From Bdellovibrio sp. (lineage in GTDB: Bacteria > Bdellovibrionota > Bdellovibrionia > Bdellovibrionales > Bdellovibrionaceae), in the NCBI GenBank assembly GCA_036676395.1, contig JAKFCY010000002.1:1184001-1248000 (forward strand): DNA of 64,000 nt. Reading direction: 5' to 3'. A model generated the notes under the pieces. It was given only the letters and a program-made list of their open reading frames with translations, was not told where the DNA came from and ran no database searches. Shown piece by piece: positions 27,825 through 38,736 of this stretch; position 1 is the first letter of the stretch, and each line of letters begins with the position of its first letter. Made by a program: the position numbers and the translations under genes.

Positions 27825-28937
27825 TTAGGAAAAATAAATAGTTTTAATTTTTTCTAGCATAGCGCTTTTAGAAAAATCGCGTTGCACTTTTGCGTAAGCT
27901 TTTTCAGCTTTAAGCGCGGGATCAGTTTTTCCTTCATAAAGAGATTTCAGAATTTCAAAGTATGACTCTGGCGAGTTATCGTAAGAAATATAACCAACAT
28001 CTTCTGTCATAATCTCTTTTAATCCGCCTATGAATGATGATAGAACGGGCACTTTTAACGCCATGGCTTCGATTGGAACATAGCCAAAAGATTCATATCT
28101 TGAAGGCTGAACTACAATATCGGCAGATAACATTTCAGTTTCGATATTTTCTGTATAGGGTTTAATTTCGATTTGAGCTGAAAGGCCTTTTTCTTGAATA
28201 AGTTTTTCAAGGTTAGATTTTTCTTCACCTTTTCCGAAAATGGTATAGTGAAATGGAACTTGGTTTTTTTGCAGTAAGGCACAAGCTTCGATTAAGATGT
28301 CATGCCCCTTTAGGTGTCGTAGTAGACCAAAACTTTTTAAATTTAGCGCGCCGCCAGGTGAGAATTTTTTAGGCATTATCTCTGTTTTGACGTCAACTCC
28401 ATTTGGATTCACCACTAGGCGAGAATTTGACCCCACGTTTTTTACAAACAGGTCTTTAGAGTATTTCGACTCGAAAAGAAAAACATTTGTTAGCGGAATT
28501 AATAATTTTTCAATGGCGTCGTATATAAAGTTTTTAAGCTTACCGTGAGACCGATGAAGGCTCCCGCCATGCGGAGTATATATGCATTTGCAGCGTAAAA
28601 TTAACCCCAATAAACGCGAGTATAAGCCACCTTTGGCGCCGTGTCCGTGAAGAACCATAATTGGTTTTTTACGAAGAATATTAAAAATAAAAATCAAATT
28701 TATTAAGTCTGAAGACTTTGGGCCTTCAGAGATATTCAGATTGTAAATGGTTACATTCGCGGGTAGCGGCGGGGTAAAATTAGCCTCAGAAAGATCAGTA
28801 AAAATTAACACGTTTACGTTAGAGTCTGCACTAAAATACGCGGCAATGTCTCTGACGTGTTTTCCAATGCCTCCGAGGGGCGAACGCAGAATTTGAACGA
28901 GAACGGGCTTGCTTGTCTGTTGTGTTGGCACTGGCAT
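27825..28937 (-). CDS. GT4 glycosyltransferase
   Basis: HGAKGG, YTPHG, KGHD, PSRYESFGYVPIEAM; start taken as ATG 28937. Confidence 0.88.
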   Translation of the reverse strand: MPVPTQQTSKPVLVQILRSPLGGIGKHVRDIAAYFSADSNVNVLIFTDLSEANFTPPLPANVTIYNLNISEGPKSSDLINLIFIFNILRKKPIMVLHGHGAKGGLYSRLLGLILRCKCIYTPHGGSLHRSHGKLKNFIYDAIEKLLIPLTNVFLFESKYSKDLFVKNVGSNSRLVVNPNGVDVKTEIMPKKFSPGGALNLKSFGLLRHLKGHDILIEACALLQKNQVPFHYTIFGKGEEKSNLEKLIQEKGLSAQIEIKPYTENIETEMLSADIVVQPSRYESFGYVPIEAMALKVPVLSSFIGGLKEIMTEDVGYISYDNSPESYFEILKSLYEGKTDPALKAEKAYAKVQRDFSKSAMLEKIKTIYFS

Positions 28938-29031
28938 ATCTAATTTGACTACAGCACAGAAAAAGGTACGATACAAAATATTTTTTGAGAGAGCAAAACT
29001 AAGCTAAAACTCTCGTAGGGTGGAATTTATA

Positions 29032-30420
29032 ATGCGAAAACTAGAGGGTCGATGGACTGACAAACTCAGCATGATTTCTCAAGTTCTTGACTCAGTCGGA
29101 ACTAGCGCCATCGGTTGGTTGTTGTACGCCATATTTAACTATCAAATGACTCTACCTTCTGACTATTCGATGATGGTGACTTTGAATTTTTTATTAATTT
29201 TACTGATCTTTCCTAAATTTAAACTTTATAGTTCTTGGCGCGGACGTAGTCGTATTCACAGAGCATTTCAGGTTCTTTATGCATGGGTCTGTGTACTGGT
29301 CGCAATTTTAGTGGCTTTATTCATGTTAAAAAGTTCGGCGATTTTTTCAAGAAAGTGGTTTTTCATTTGGGGAGTGTCGGCTTACTTTTATCTAGTAATC
29401 TATCGCGCGCTAATCGATCAGATATTAAATTTCTTACGTAAACACAAATTCAACAGAAAAATGATCGTTGTTTACGGTGCCGGCGCTGTCGGAAAAAGTG
29501 TTCAAGAAAAACTTTCTGAAAATTACGAAGTGGGTTTTGATATTTTGGCTTTCGTTGATGATAACGATAAAATTCAAGATACAAAGATCAATGGTGTGCC
29601 CGTATTGGCCCCGGTAAAACTTAATGATCTGATGGGTGAATGCGACGAGATTTGGTTAGCGCTACCTTTGCGCGCTGATAAAAAAATGCAGGAAATCTTG
29701 CACGATACCCGCCACCACACTTGCGTAATTCGCTTTATTCCAGACATCTTTAATTTTCGGTTACTGAATCATTCTGTCACTGAAATCGCTGACATTCCAA
29801 TTATTGAAATTAATGGAACACCGATGAGCTGGGTGGATCGCCTAGTGAAAAGAGTTTCGGATTTTATTTTAGCGGCAATTATCCTATTGCTGATTTCTCC
29901 GATCCTTTTAACTATTGCGCTTGCGATTAAGTTAACTTCGCGTGGACCAATTCTTTACAAACAAACGCGTCACGGTTGGAGTGGTAAGCCCATCAATGTT
30001 TATAAATTCAGAAGCATGTACTTCGAAAAAAACGAAGTGTTTAAGCAAGCTACTTCTGCAGATTGTCGTATTACTCCAGTGGGTAAGTTTTTAAGAAAAA
30101 CTAGCCTTGATGAGCTGCCGCAGTTTTTCAACGTGCTTCAGGGGCGCATGTCGATCGTAGGCCCGCGCCCGCACGCGATTGTAATGAATTTAGAATATCA
30201 GGATAAGATTGATAATTACATGCAACGACACAAGGTTCGTCCTGGTATTACAGGCTGGGCGCAAGTAAATGGCTTTCGCGGCGAGACTGATACGATTGAA
30301 AAAATGCAAAAGCGTATCGAGTATGATTTGTACTATATCGAAAACTGGTCGTTATTTTTTGATTACAGAATTATTTTGCAAACAATATATAAAGGCTTTG
30401 TAAATAAAAATGCATACTAA
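29032..30420 (+). CDS. wcaJ: Undecaprenyl-phosphate glucose phosphotransferase (WcaJ/WbaP family)
   Basis: Four N-terminal TMs, YGAG Rossmann-like domain, [27 protein letters not shown]. Confidence 0.88.
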   Translation: MRKLEGRWTDKLSMISQVLDSVGTSAIGWLLYAIFNYQMTLPSDYSMMVTLNFLLILLIFPKFKLYSSWRGRSRIHRAFQVLYAWVCVLVAILVALFMLKSSAIFSRKWFFIWGVSAYFYLVIYRALIDQILNFLRKHKFNRKMIVVYGAGAVGKSVQEKLSENYEVGFDILAFVDDNDKIQDTKINGVPVLAPVKLNDLMGECDEIWLALPLRADKKMQEILHDTRHHTCVIRFIPDIFNFRLLNHSVTEIADIPIIEINGTPMSWVDRLVKRVSDFILAAIILLLISPILLTIALAIKLTSRGPILYKQTRHGWSGKPINVYKFRSMYFEKNEVFKQATSADCRITPVGKFLRKTSLDELPQFFNVLQGRMSIVGPRPHAIVMNLEYQDKIDNYMQRHKVRPGITGWAQVNGFRGETDTIEKMQKRIEYDLYYIENWSLFFDYRIILQTIYKGFVNKNAY

Positions 30421-31786
30421 TAGCGAAATCAAGTCTTGGTCTGCGAAGAAAATTAATCTCTACATTTTTTTATTTGCGTTCACCTTCGCTATCGTCTGTA
30501 TGTTTACAGCCCGTGAAATAATTATTCCTAGAATGAACTGGAATGGTATTGACGGGCATTTGGCGGGAGACCCACAGCTTTATCATAAGGTAGCCACCAA
30601 GAAAGCTGAAGAGATGAGGCAAAAAGGGCTATCTGTATTTGAATTGCGTCCGGGTAGTTCTGGGCCCGCTGGTATCGCCAGTTTAATGTATTTATTTTTT
30701 AATTCAGTTTATGCTGTTGTTATTTTAAATGCCTTGCTTCATGCGCTGAGTGTTTTACTTTGTTATTTAATTTTATCTAATTGGTTTTCGCCGAAAATTT
30801 CTTTGATCGGCGCTATACCCATGTTCTTGTCGCCTTATCAAATGATATGGTTTTCGCAAATTAATAAAGATAGTTATGCTGTGACTAGTGCATTGTTGAT
30901 CATTTATGGAGTTGTAAGGATTATAAAAAAAGCGACTCAGAATTTTAATAAATCAAATTATGCATTTGGAACTGTAGCAATCTGTTCAGGATCAGTTTTA
31001 GCAGGCTTGGTAAGGCCTTATATGAATCAGATTAACTTTGTTGTACTATTGCTAGTGTTTTTAACGCCCCTAGTTTTAAGAAAAGTTAAAAGTTGGAAAA
31101 TATATTTGCCTGTTGTCGTGTTAGTTTTATTTGTAATCAAAATGCAGTCGACTGGCGCTACATCTGATCAAACGATTGATAGCTTTAAGGATTTTGTTTT
31201 GACGCCAGAGATGACTCAAACTCAAAAGCCTGTAAAAATCTTAAATGTAGTTGATAAGTGTTTAATTTCGCTGAGTAACAATAATTGGAAAAATGATTTT
31301 TTACCCAATTATGTAAATGATAAAATTAAAGGCCTTTTGGGCCAGCGATGTAGTATATTTACTATTCTCTATAACCAGACAGATTTAAACACATTAGACT
31401 CTATTGTTGATGATCATATATTGCCGGGTTCGACCTCGGAAGCATTTGCTTATTTTCCGCGTGCGTTTAGTTTGGGAATATTTGCACCGTGGCCGAATAA
31501 ATGGCTACATGTGTTTGAAAAAAGATTTTCATTTTTTTATTTGATTGCTCCAATTGAGGCTTTTTTTCTTTATCTGGGGCTATTATTTTTGTTTTATTGG
31601 ATCTATGTCGAAAAACAGTTTTTGGCGATAGTGCCTGTTTTTATATCATTTTCTATTATGGCCATTTATGGTATTTCGATTCCATTTTTGGGAGCTTTGT
31701 ATAGATATCGTTATGCATGGTGGATGCTTTTACTCGGGTTAGGTATAAGCGCCTTTTTAACAGTTCTGCAAAAAAAGAAAAAATAA
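30410..31786 (+). CDS. Multi-TM protein, putative GT-C/Wzy-like; paralog 1
   Basis: About 10-11 hydrophobic segments, GDPQLYH, NKD, RPY, YRYRY, large soluble loop; inside a glycan locus. Confidence 0.6.
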   Translation: MHTNSEIKSWSAKKINLYIFLFAFTFAIVCMFTAREIIIPRMNWNGIDGHLAGDPQLYHKVATKKAEEMRQKGLSVFELRPGSSGPAGIASLMYLFFNSVYAVVILNALLHALSVLLCYLILSNWFSPKISLIGAIPMFLSPYQMIWFSQINKDSYAVTSALLIIYGVVRIIKKATQNFNKSNYAFGTVAICSGSVLAGLVRPYMNQINFVVLLLVFLTPLVLRKVKSWKIYLPVVVLVLFVIKMQSTGATSDQTIDSFKDFVLTPEMTQTQKPVKILNVVDKCLISLSNNNWKNDFLPNYVNDKIKGLLGQRCSIFTILYNQTDLNTLDSIVDDHILPGSTSEAFAYFPRAFSLGIFAPWPNKWLHVFEKRFSFFYLIAPIEAFFLYLGLLFLFYWIYVEKQFLAIVPVFISFSIMAIYGISIPFLGALYRYRYAWWMLLLGLGISAFLTVLQKKKK

Positions 31787-31830
31787 CTGTATGACTTGCC
31801 GATCTGCGAAACTAAAGGCATTTTTAGTAA

Positions 31831-32736
31831 ATGGCAAAAAAACATAAAATCCGTAAAGCAATTATCCCTGCTGCTGGTTTGGGCACCCGCTTTTTTCCAG
31901 CGACTAAAACTGTTCCTAAAGAAATGCTACCGATCGTGGATCGTCCTGCTATTTTGTATGTGATAGAAGAAGCTGTTCAGGCCGGTATTACAGATATTAT
32001 TTTAATCCAAGGCCGCGGAAAAACTGCAATTGAAGACTTTTTTGATGTTAGCTATGAGCTTGAAGATAGATTAGTTAAAGAGGGCAAAGAAGAGATTTTA
32101 AAACAAATTCAATATATTCGTAATAACACTAATATTATCTCAGTTCGCCAAAAAGCAGCGTTAGGCCTAGGACATGCTGTTCGTTGCGCTGAAAGCATTA
32201 TTGGCGATGAAGCCTTCGCTGTTTTACTTGGCGATGAAATCACAATTTCAAAAGAACAAAAATATAATATTACCCATCACTTAATTAAAAACTGTGAAGA
32301 AAAACAAAACAGCGGTGTATGGGTTTTGCCAGTTGAACCAAATGAAACACATAAATACGGAATCGTTGATTTAACTTCGCAGCATAAGAATTCAAGTCAT
32401 AATGATTTAATAGCAGGACTCAAGGTAAAGGGTGTAGTTGAAAAGCCTAAACCAGAAGTTGCTCCATCGCGCTGGGCGTTACCAGGCCGTTATGTATTTC
32501 AGGCTGAAATTATGAAATACTTAAGTGATATTAAGCCTGGTTATAACGGCGAATTGCAGCTTTCAGATGCAATGAATTTGATGGCGCAAAAAACTGATTT
32601 AATGGCTTATAGTTTTGAATCTCGTCGTTTTGATACAGGAGATAAATTAGGTTTTCTACAAGCGAATATCGAGCTTGCATTAGATCGTCCAGAGCTTAGA
32701 GACGATCTTTTAAAGTTCATCAAAGGAAAAGTATAA
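31831..32736 (+). CDS. galU: UTP-glucose-1-phosphate uridylyltransferase
   Basis: PAAGLGTRFFPATK..PKEMLP, LGLGHAV, VEKP, GELQLSDA. Confidence 0.96.
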   Translation: MAKKHKIRKAIIPAAGLGTRFFPATKTVPKEMLPIVDRPAILYVIEEAVQAGITDIILIQGRGKTAIEDFFDVSYELEDRLVKEGKEEILKQIQYIRNNTNIISVRQKAALGLGHAVRCAESIIGDEAFAVLLGDEITISKEQKYNITHHLIKNCEEKQNSGVWVLPVEPNETHKYGIVDLTSQHKNSSHNDLIAGLKVKGVVEKPKPEVAPSRWALPGRYVFQAEIMKYLSDIKPGYNGELQLSDAMNLMAQKTDLMAYSFESRRFDTGDKLGFLQANIELALDRPELRDDLLKFIKGKV

Positions 32737-32738
32737 AA

Positions 32739-33350
32739 ATGACCTCACTTAAAGATTTATTCAAAAAAGAAGCCACTGAGGCTTTGCAAAATATCCAAGC
32801 GATTTTAGACAATGCGAAAATGCTTCAAAGTTTTGAAGAATCAGCGAACATGATCGCGCAAAGCTTAAAAGCGGGCGGTACGCTATATGTAGCGGGTAAT
32901 GGTGGTTCAGCCGCAGATGCTCAGCACATGGTCGCAGAGCTAGTAGTGAAGTTAAATAAAAATCGAGATCCACTTCGTGCGGTTGCTTTAACTGTGGATA
33001 CATCAATTATTACAGCCGCTGGAAATGATTTTAGTTATGATGATATTTTCAGTCGCCAAGTTGAAGCCTTAGCTAGGCCAAATGATGTGTTCTTAGGAAT
33101 TACTACTTCAGGTAATTCTAAAAATATTTTGAATTGTTTTAATATTTGCAAAAAGATCGGTGCTAAGTCGATTTGTTTAACTGGTAAAGACGGCGGCAAA
33201 GCCGTTAAAGAAAATATGGCTGATCTAAATGTCGTTATGAATGGCCCTAATACGGCTCGTATTCAGGAAGGTCATGCTATTTGGTACCATACGATGTGCT
33301 ACGCGCTTGAGTTAATCCTGATTGAATCAGGTTCAATTCAGTATCGCTAA
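32739..33350 (+). CDS. gmhA: Phosphoheptose (sedoheptulose-7-phosphate) isomerase
   Basis: GNGGSAADAQH, GND...IFSRQV, TSGNS, LTGKDGG, RIQEGH. Confidence 0.93.
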   Translation: MTSLKDLFKKEATEALQNIQAILDNAKMLQSFEESANMIAQSLKAGGTLYVAGNGGSAADAQHMVAELVVKLNKNRDPLRAVALTVDTSIITAAGNDFSYDDIFSRQVEALARPNDVFLGITTSGNSKNILNCFNICKKIGAKSICLTGKDGGKAVKENMADLNVVMNGPNTARIQEGHAIWYHTMCYALELILIESGSIQYR

Positions 33351-33404
33351 GAATGGCCATTGTGGAGATATTCGATTGATCAACGTGTAATGGGATTTGT
33401 TTGG

Positions 33405-34754
33405 ATGCGTTTTTTTGAGCTGTCTGAAAAAAAAATTAATTTCTACATTTTTTTATTGGCTTTTACTTTTGCAATAACGTGTATGTTTGTAGCACGGGAA
33501 ATTATTATTCCAAATATGGACTGGAACGGCATAGATGGGCACTTGGCAGGAGACCCACAACTTTATCATAAGGCTGCGGCACTTAAAGCCGAGGACATGA
33601 AGAAAAATGGACTCTTAAAATTTGAGTTACGTCCAGATAGCTCTGGCCCAGCAGGGGTAGCTAGTTTAATGTATTTATTTTTTGATTCTGTCGTTGGAGT
33701 CGTAATTTTAAATGCCTTACTTCATGCGCTAAGCGTTTTAATTTGCTATTTGATTCTATCTAACTGGTTTTTGCCGAAATACTCGCTGATAGGGGCCATG
33801 CCGTTATTATTTTCACCGTATTTTATGGTTTGGTTTTCGCAGATCAATAAAGACAGTTATGCCATCGCGGGTGCTTTATTGGTTATATATGGTAGTCTTG
33901 AGCTAATCAAGAAAGCGACTTTGGATTCAAATAAGCATAATTATTTATCAGGTGTTGTAATAATATCTTCTGGGGCTTTTTTGACTAGCTTAGTTAGGCC
34001 ATATATAAATCAAATTCATTTCGTATCGTTGCTGGTTATATTTTTAACTCCTCTTATATTTAGAAGAGTAAAAAAATGGAAAACATTTTTGTTGTCAGTA
34101 TTGTTAGTTTTATTCGTTGTAAGAGTGCAGTCTACTGGCGCGACATCAGATCAAACCATAGATAGCTTCAAAGAATTTATTCAGACTCCAGCACTTAATG
34201 CAAATGAAACTATCGTCGATAAGTGTTTTGCAAAAGTGAGTTCTGAAAATTGGCGAAATGATTTTTCTGTTGGCTATATAAATGAAAAAATAAAAGGAAT
34301 AGTTGGCCAGCGATGTAATATTTTTAGATTATTGTATACTCAAACGAATCCGAATACATTATTTTCGATTGTTGATTATGATATATTGCCAGGGTCGACA
34401 TCTGAAGCATTTGCGTATCTTCCACGCGCAGTAAGTCTTGGAGTTTTTGCGCCATGGCCAAATATGTGGTCGTACATTTTTACGAAAAGATTTTCAATAT
34501 TTTATATGATTGCACCAGTCGAGGCGCTAGTGCTGTATCTTGGTCTATGTTTTTTATTTTATTGGGTATTTAAGACGAAGCAGTTTTTAATTTTAGGTCC
34601 TGTATTTATGTCGTTCTCGGTCATGGGGATTTACGGTTTGTCGACTCCTTTTGTCGGGGTGCTGTATAGGTATCGATACTCATGGTGGATGTTGCTTATT
34701 GGTCTGGGTATAGGTGCTATACTTACTGTGCTACAAAAAAGAAAGATAGAGTAG
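33405..34754 (+). CDS. Multi-TM protein, putative GT-C/Wzy-like; paralog 2
   Basis: Collinear with 30410-31786 over its whole length; start taken as ATG 33405. Confidence 0.6.
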   Translation: MRFFELSEKKINFYIFLLAFTFAITCMFVAREIIIPNMDWNGIDGHLAGDPQLYHKAAALKAEDMKKNGLLKFELRPDSSGPAGVASLMYLFFDSVVGVVILNALLHALSVLICYLILSNWFLPKYSLIGAMPLLFSPYFMVWFSQINKDSYAIAGALLVIYGSLELIKKATLDSNKHNYLSGVVIISSGAFLTSLVRPYINQIHFVSLLVIFLTPLIFRRVKKWKTFLLSVLLVLFVVRVQSTGATSDQTIDSFKEFIQTPALNANETIVDKCFAKVSSENWRNDFSVGYINEKIKGIVGQRCNIFRLLYTQTNPNTLFSIVDYDILPGSTSEAFAYLPRAVSLGVFAPWPNMWSYIFTKRFSIFYMIAPVEALVLYLGLCFLFYWVFKTKQFLILGPVFMSFSVMGIYGLSTPFVGVLYRYRYSWWMLLIGLGIGAILTVLQKRKIE

Positions 34755-34850
34755 TCTTGGGCTGTGGTTACCTCAGAAAATTAAAACGTTTCCATTAGTT
34801 ATATTTTGTGCTGATAATATCCTGTAGTGATTAGAAGGTAGGATTTAAAG

Positions 34851-35480
34851 ATGAGTTCAATCGCAATTTTTGGGGCTGGGGGGCATGCAAAAGTTATAGT
34901 TGATATTGCTGAGCAAGCTGGTATTAAAATCTTTGGTATTTTTGATGATAACTCGAATGCACCTAAGAGTGTATTGTCATACTCTGTTCTGGGTGGCGCT
35001 GAAGAGTTAATTAAAGCGCATGCTGAAAATCCTGATTTAGTTGTTGTTATTGCTATTGGCAACAATACTGCGCGTAAAAGAGTAGTTGATAGCTTCTCTC
35101 AAAAAAAAATTCGCTTTGCGACGTTGATCCATCCAAGTGCTATAATCAGTAAGCACAGTCAAATTGCTGAAGGTGCCGTGGTGATGGCGGGTGTTGTGGT
35201 AAACGCCTCAACTGATGTTGGTGCGCATACCATTCTAAATACCCGATGTTCAGTTGATCATGACTGCAAAATTGGAAGCTTTGTTCATGTTGCTCCGGGC
35301 GCAACATTGTGTGGAAATGTCAAAGTAGACGAGGGTGCACTTGTGGGTGTGGGAGGGCAAATCGCTCCTAATATATCCATAGGATCATGGAGTGTAATCG
35401 GTGCTGGTTCTACGGTGATAAATAATATTTCATGTAATCTCACTGTAGTAGGTTCGCCAGCCCGAATACCTAATAAGTAA
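34851..35480 (+). CDS. PglD/NeuD-family sugar acetyltransferase
   Basis: GAGGHAK, AIGNN..R, IHPSA, DHDC, hexapeptide repeats, GSPAR. Confidence 0.9.
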   Translation: MSSIAIFGAGGHAKVIVDIAEQAGIKIFGIFDDNSNAPKSVLSYSVLGGAEELIKAHAENPDLVVVIAIGNNTARKRVVDSFSQKKIRFATLIHPSAIISKHSQIAEGAVVMAGVVVNASTDVGAHTILNTRCSVDHDCKIGSFVHVAPGATLCGNVKVDEGALVGVGGQIAPNISIGSWSVIGAGSTVINNISCNLTVVGSPARIPNK

Positions 35481-36324
35481 TCTTCGTATTGTTAGTAGAG
35501 TTTTTAGATTTCAAGTCGATTAGAACGAAAATCTTTAATTTCTGAATCAGCTTTTTTAATGATAGTTTTAAAAAGTACCCAATTATATATAGCAATAACG
35601 ATGGCGACGTTTTTAGAAAAAACAGGCTAAGTTTAAATAGGTCGTTCAAGTTTATAGTCGCGGAGTCATTGAAATCGTGCTGACGGTAGTACATTAGCGG
35701 TTGAGCGAACCAATAAATAGGACCGAATCTAATCAATTTTACCAAAAAAGAGGCATCTGAATATTTACCTCCATCACATGTCGCGAGGTTGCTATCTTTA
35801 AGTTTGGCGGTTCTATAAATGTAAGATGGAAATGGAGGGTGACTTAATCTTCGGAAGAGATATCTTTTTATCAACTGTGACTGACTAGTTATCACTAAGT
35901 CATATTTGATGTGTGTACTTAAGAGTCTATTTGTATTTGTGCTATTTTTGATGATTAAGGCATTGCATCCCACAGCGACAAGATCGTAGTTACTCGTCAG
36001 CAGCCGCATCATTTCAGAAATAGCTCGCGGCATAAGTACATCATCATCATGAAATAACATTGCAAATTCATACTGCTTTACTTCTTCTAGAATTAGATTG
36101 AAGTGATCAAGTGTAGGCATGCTGGGTAATCTCTTAACGATCTTTATTTGGCTATATTTTTGCTGAGAATTTAGAAAATCAACGATAGAATTGTCTGGTG
36201 AGTTTTCAGAGATAATCACGTCAAACGACTCATAGTCTTGAGTAATGACGGACTCTAGTGAATCTAAAAGATATTCAGGTCTCCGATAGCTTAGAATGTA
36301 AACAACGAGTTTTTTCTTATACAT
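35470..36324 (-). CDS. GT2 glycosyltransferase (paralog of 56570-57364)
   Basis: SYRRP, ISENS, FHDDD, YRQH. Confidence 0.85.
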   Translation of the reverse strand: MYKKKLVVYILSYRRPEYLLDSLESVITQDYESFDVIISENSPDNSIVDFLNSQQKYSQIKIVKRLPSMPTLDHFNLILEEVKQYEFAMLFHDDDVLMPRAISEMMRLLTSNYDLVAVGCNALIIKNSTNTNRLLSTHIKYDLVITSQSQLIKRYLFRRLSHPPFPSYIYRTAKLKDSNLATCDGGKYSDASFLVKLIRFGPIYWFAQPLMYYRQHDFNDSATINLNDLFKLSLFFLKTSPSLLLYIIGYFLKLSLKKLIQKLKIFVLIDLKSKNSTNNTKITY

Positions 36325-36389
36325 TTACTTTATATAAATATCGCATTAATATTGTTTTTGTAAGCAAATTGACTATTTGGAATGGTTAA

Positions 36390-37520
36390 ATGTCGAAAAA
36401 AAAGAAAATCTGTTTGGTCACGACGAGTTTGTTAATAGTGAAGTCGTTTCTAAAGCCTCATCTCCATGCTTTAGCGGAACAATATGATATCACTTTAGTG
36501 GTCAATATTGATGACAAAACGTGGGTCGACCAACAAAATTTACCTATTAAATTTGTTCATGTGCCTATTCAGCGAAAAATTAGTCTTTTATACGATTTTT
36601 ATGTTCTGATGTTTTTAATAATCTTTTTTATTAAAGAGCGATTTTCTATAGTACACTCTGTGGCGCCGAAGGCGGGATTACTTTCGATGCTTGCTGCTCG
36701 TATCGCGGGAGTGTCTTCTCGTCTTCATCATTTTCAAGGTGAAGTTTGGTTATCAAAAAAAGGATTTTTTAGATGTCTTCTAAAATTCTTAGATACTGTT
36801 ACGGGGGCGCTTGCGAGCCACATTTTGGTCGTGAGTGACTCAGAACGAAAATTTTTAATTTCAGAAGGTGTAATCTCTAAAAGTAAATCTACGGTTTTGG
36901 GGCAGGGCTCGATTTGTGGTGTGGACTTAAAAAGATTTAAACCTAGCATTGAAGAAAGAACAAAACTTCGTTCTTCAATGGGGATCAACAATGAAGATAT
37001 CATTATTTTGTATATAGGCAGACTTAATCAAGACAAAGGATTGTACGAATTATCTGAAGCTTTTGAGCATTTACGTAACGTAAAGGAATTTAATATTCAT
37101 TTGGTGATCGTAGGGCTTGATGAGGAAGACATTATCTCTTCGCTTAAGTTAGATCAGCGCGATAAAATTCATTTGTTTGATTTTACGTCATCACCTGAAA
37201 AATTTATGGCAGCAGCTGATATTTTGGTGCTGCCAAGCCATCGAGAAGGTTTTGGTCTGGTTATTATTGAGGCGGCTGCAGTTGGTATTCCTGCCGTTGC
37301 ATCAAATATTATTGGTATAGTGGATGCCATTGAAAATGAAGTGACAGGATTGTTATTCGAAGCGCGGAATGTGGAAGCTATGGTCAAAGCATTGAGCCGA
37401 CTTATTTACGATCCAAGTTTGAGAAAAAGCTTGGCCGAGCAAGCAAGGCGGCGATGTACCGATTATTTTTCACAAGAACAAAGTATTGCAGCGACACTAC
37501 AATACTATAAAAGTTTATAG
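36390..37520 (+). CDS. GT4 glycosyltransferase (PglA/CapM-like)
   Basis: PKAGLL, GRLNQDKG, PSHREGFGLVIIEAAA. Confidence 0.88.
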   Translation: MSKKKKICLVTTSLLIVKSFLKPHLHALAEQYDITLVVNIDDKTWVDQQNLPIKFVHVPIQRKISLLYDFYVLMFLIIFFIKERFSIVHSVAPKAGLLSMLAARIAGVSSRLHHFQGEVWLSKKGFFRCLLKFLDTVTGALASHILVVSDSERKFLISEGVISKSKSTVLGQGSICGVDLKRFKPSIEERTKLRSSMGINNEDIIILYIGRLNQDKGLYELSEAFEHLRNVKEFNIHLVIVGLDEEDIISSLKLDQRDKIHLFDFTSSPEKFMAAADILVLPSHREGFGLVIIEAAAVGIPAVASNIIGIVDAIENEVTGLLFEARNVEAMVKALSRLIYDPSLRKSLAEQARRRCTDYFSQEQSIAATLQYYKSL

Positions 37521-37530
37521 GAGAATATTT

Positions 37531-38736
37531 ATGTTAGCTTTACACGGTGGAGAGCCAGTAAGAACACAAAAATTGGCACCTTGGCCATTTTTTGCTCCAG
37601 ATGAAGTTGATGCAGCAAAAGACGTTTTAATTTCTGGAAAAGTGAATTATTGGACTGGCGCTATCACCAAACAGTTTGAAGCTGAATTTGCAGCTTATCA
37701 TAGTAGGAAATATGGCATAGCTGTATCTAATGGAACTTTAGCTTTAGAGTTGGCATTGTTTGGACTAGATGTCGGCCCCGGGGATGAAGTTATCACGACT
37801 TGCAAAACATTTATTGCCTCTGCTAGCTGTGTTGTGCAAAGAGGAGCTACACCAATTATTGCTGATATAGACTCTGTTTCTCAAAATATGACTGTTCAAA
37901 CGATTAAGCCACTCATCACATCAAAAACAAAAGCTATTATTGTCGTTCATTTGGGTGGCTATCCTTGTGATATGCCAAGCATTATGAAATTGGCTAAGGA
38001 ACATAAGCTTTTTGTAATCGAAGACTGTGCTCAAGCACATGGAGCTAAAATCAACGGCCAAATCGTCGGATCTTTCGGAGATGTCGCTGCGTTTTCTTTT
38101 TGTCAGGACAAAATTATGACAACGGGTGGTGAGGGTGGCGTTATCGTACTCGATGACGAAAACATATTCAAAAAAATGTGGTCTTTTAAGGATCATGGAA
38201 AGTCTTACGATCTAGCTCATCAAAAAACTAAAGGTTTTGAATTTCGCTACATCCACAATGATTTTGGTTCTAATTGGCGTTTCACTGAATTTCAATCGGC
38301 TATTGCATTAAAGCAATTAGCAAAGCTTGAAGGTTGGGTAAATAAACGACGTGAATTAGCTTTTACGATTACAGAAGGTCTTGAATTATTAGAAAATTTT
38401 AAATTTTATCATGCGCCAAAAAATATTTATCACTGTTACTACCGACTTTATGGTTTTCTAGATACATTGAAGTTCAAAAAAGACTGGAACAAAAGTCTTT
38501 TTATCGAAGCTATCAATGCTGAAGGTACGCCATGCATGGTGGGCTCTTGCTCAGAAATTTATTTAGAAGAAGCGTTTAAGAAAAACAAATTGGGTCCGAA
38601 AGAACGTTTACCAATAGCTAAACAACTTTCAGAATCAAGCGTGGCCTTCCTTGTTCATCCAACATTAGATTTGCAATATGCAAATGATGTAGTGAAAGCT
38701 GTTCGAAAAGTTTACGCGCAGGCATTTGAGTCTTAA
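37531..38736 (+). CDS. DegT/DnrJ/EryC1/StrS aminotransferase (PglE-type role)
   Basis: [30 protein letters not shown] with the PLP Lys; ATG 37531 has a GGAG RBS. Confidence 0.9.
   Translation: MLALHGGEPVRTQKLAPWPFFAPDEVDAAKDVLISGKVNYWTGAITKQFEAEFAAYHSRKYGIAVSNGTLALELALFGLDVGPGDEVITTCKTFIASASCVVQRGATPIIADIDSVSQNMTVQTIKPLITSKTKAIIVVHLGGYPCDMPSIMKLAKEHKLFVIEDCAQAHGAKINGQIVGSFGDVAAFSFCQDKIMTTGGEGGVIVLDDENIFKKMWSFKDHGKSYDLAHQKTKGFEFRYIHNDFGSNWRFTEFQSAIALKQLAKLEGWVNKRRELAFTITEGLELLENFKFYHAPKNIYHCYYRLYGFLDTLKFKKDWNKSLFIEAINAEGTPCMVGSCSEIYLEEAFKKNKLGPKERLPIAKQLSESSVAFLVHPTLDLQYANDVVKAVRKVYAQAFES

Noticed and set aside
35101..35109. A9 run in the PglD-like gene as a phase-variation site
   Set aside because: A-runs encoding Lys are common throughout this AT-rich sequence and the frame is intact.
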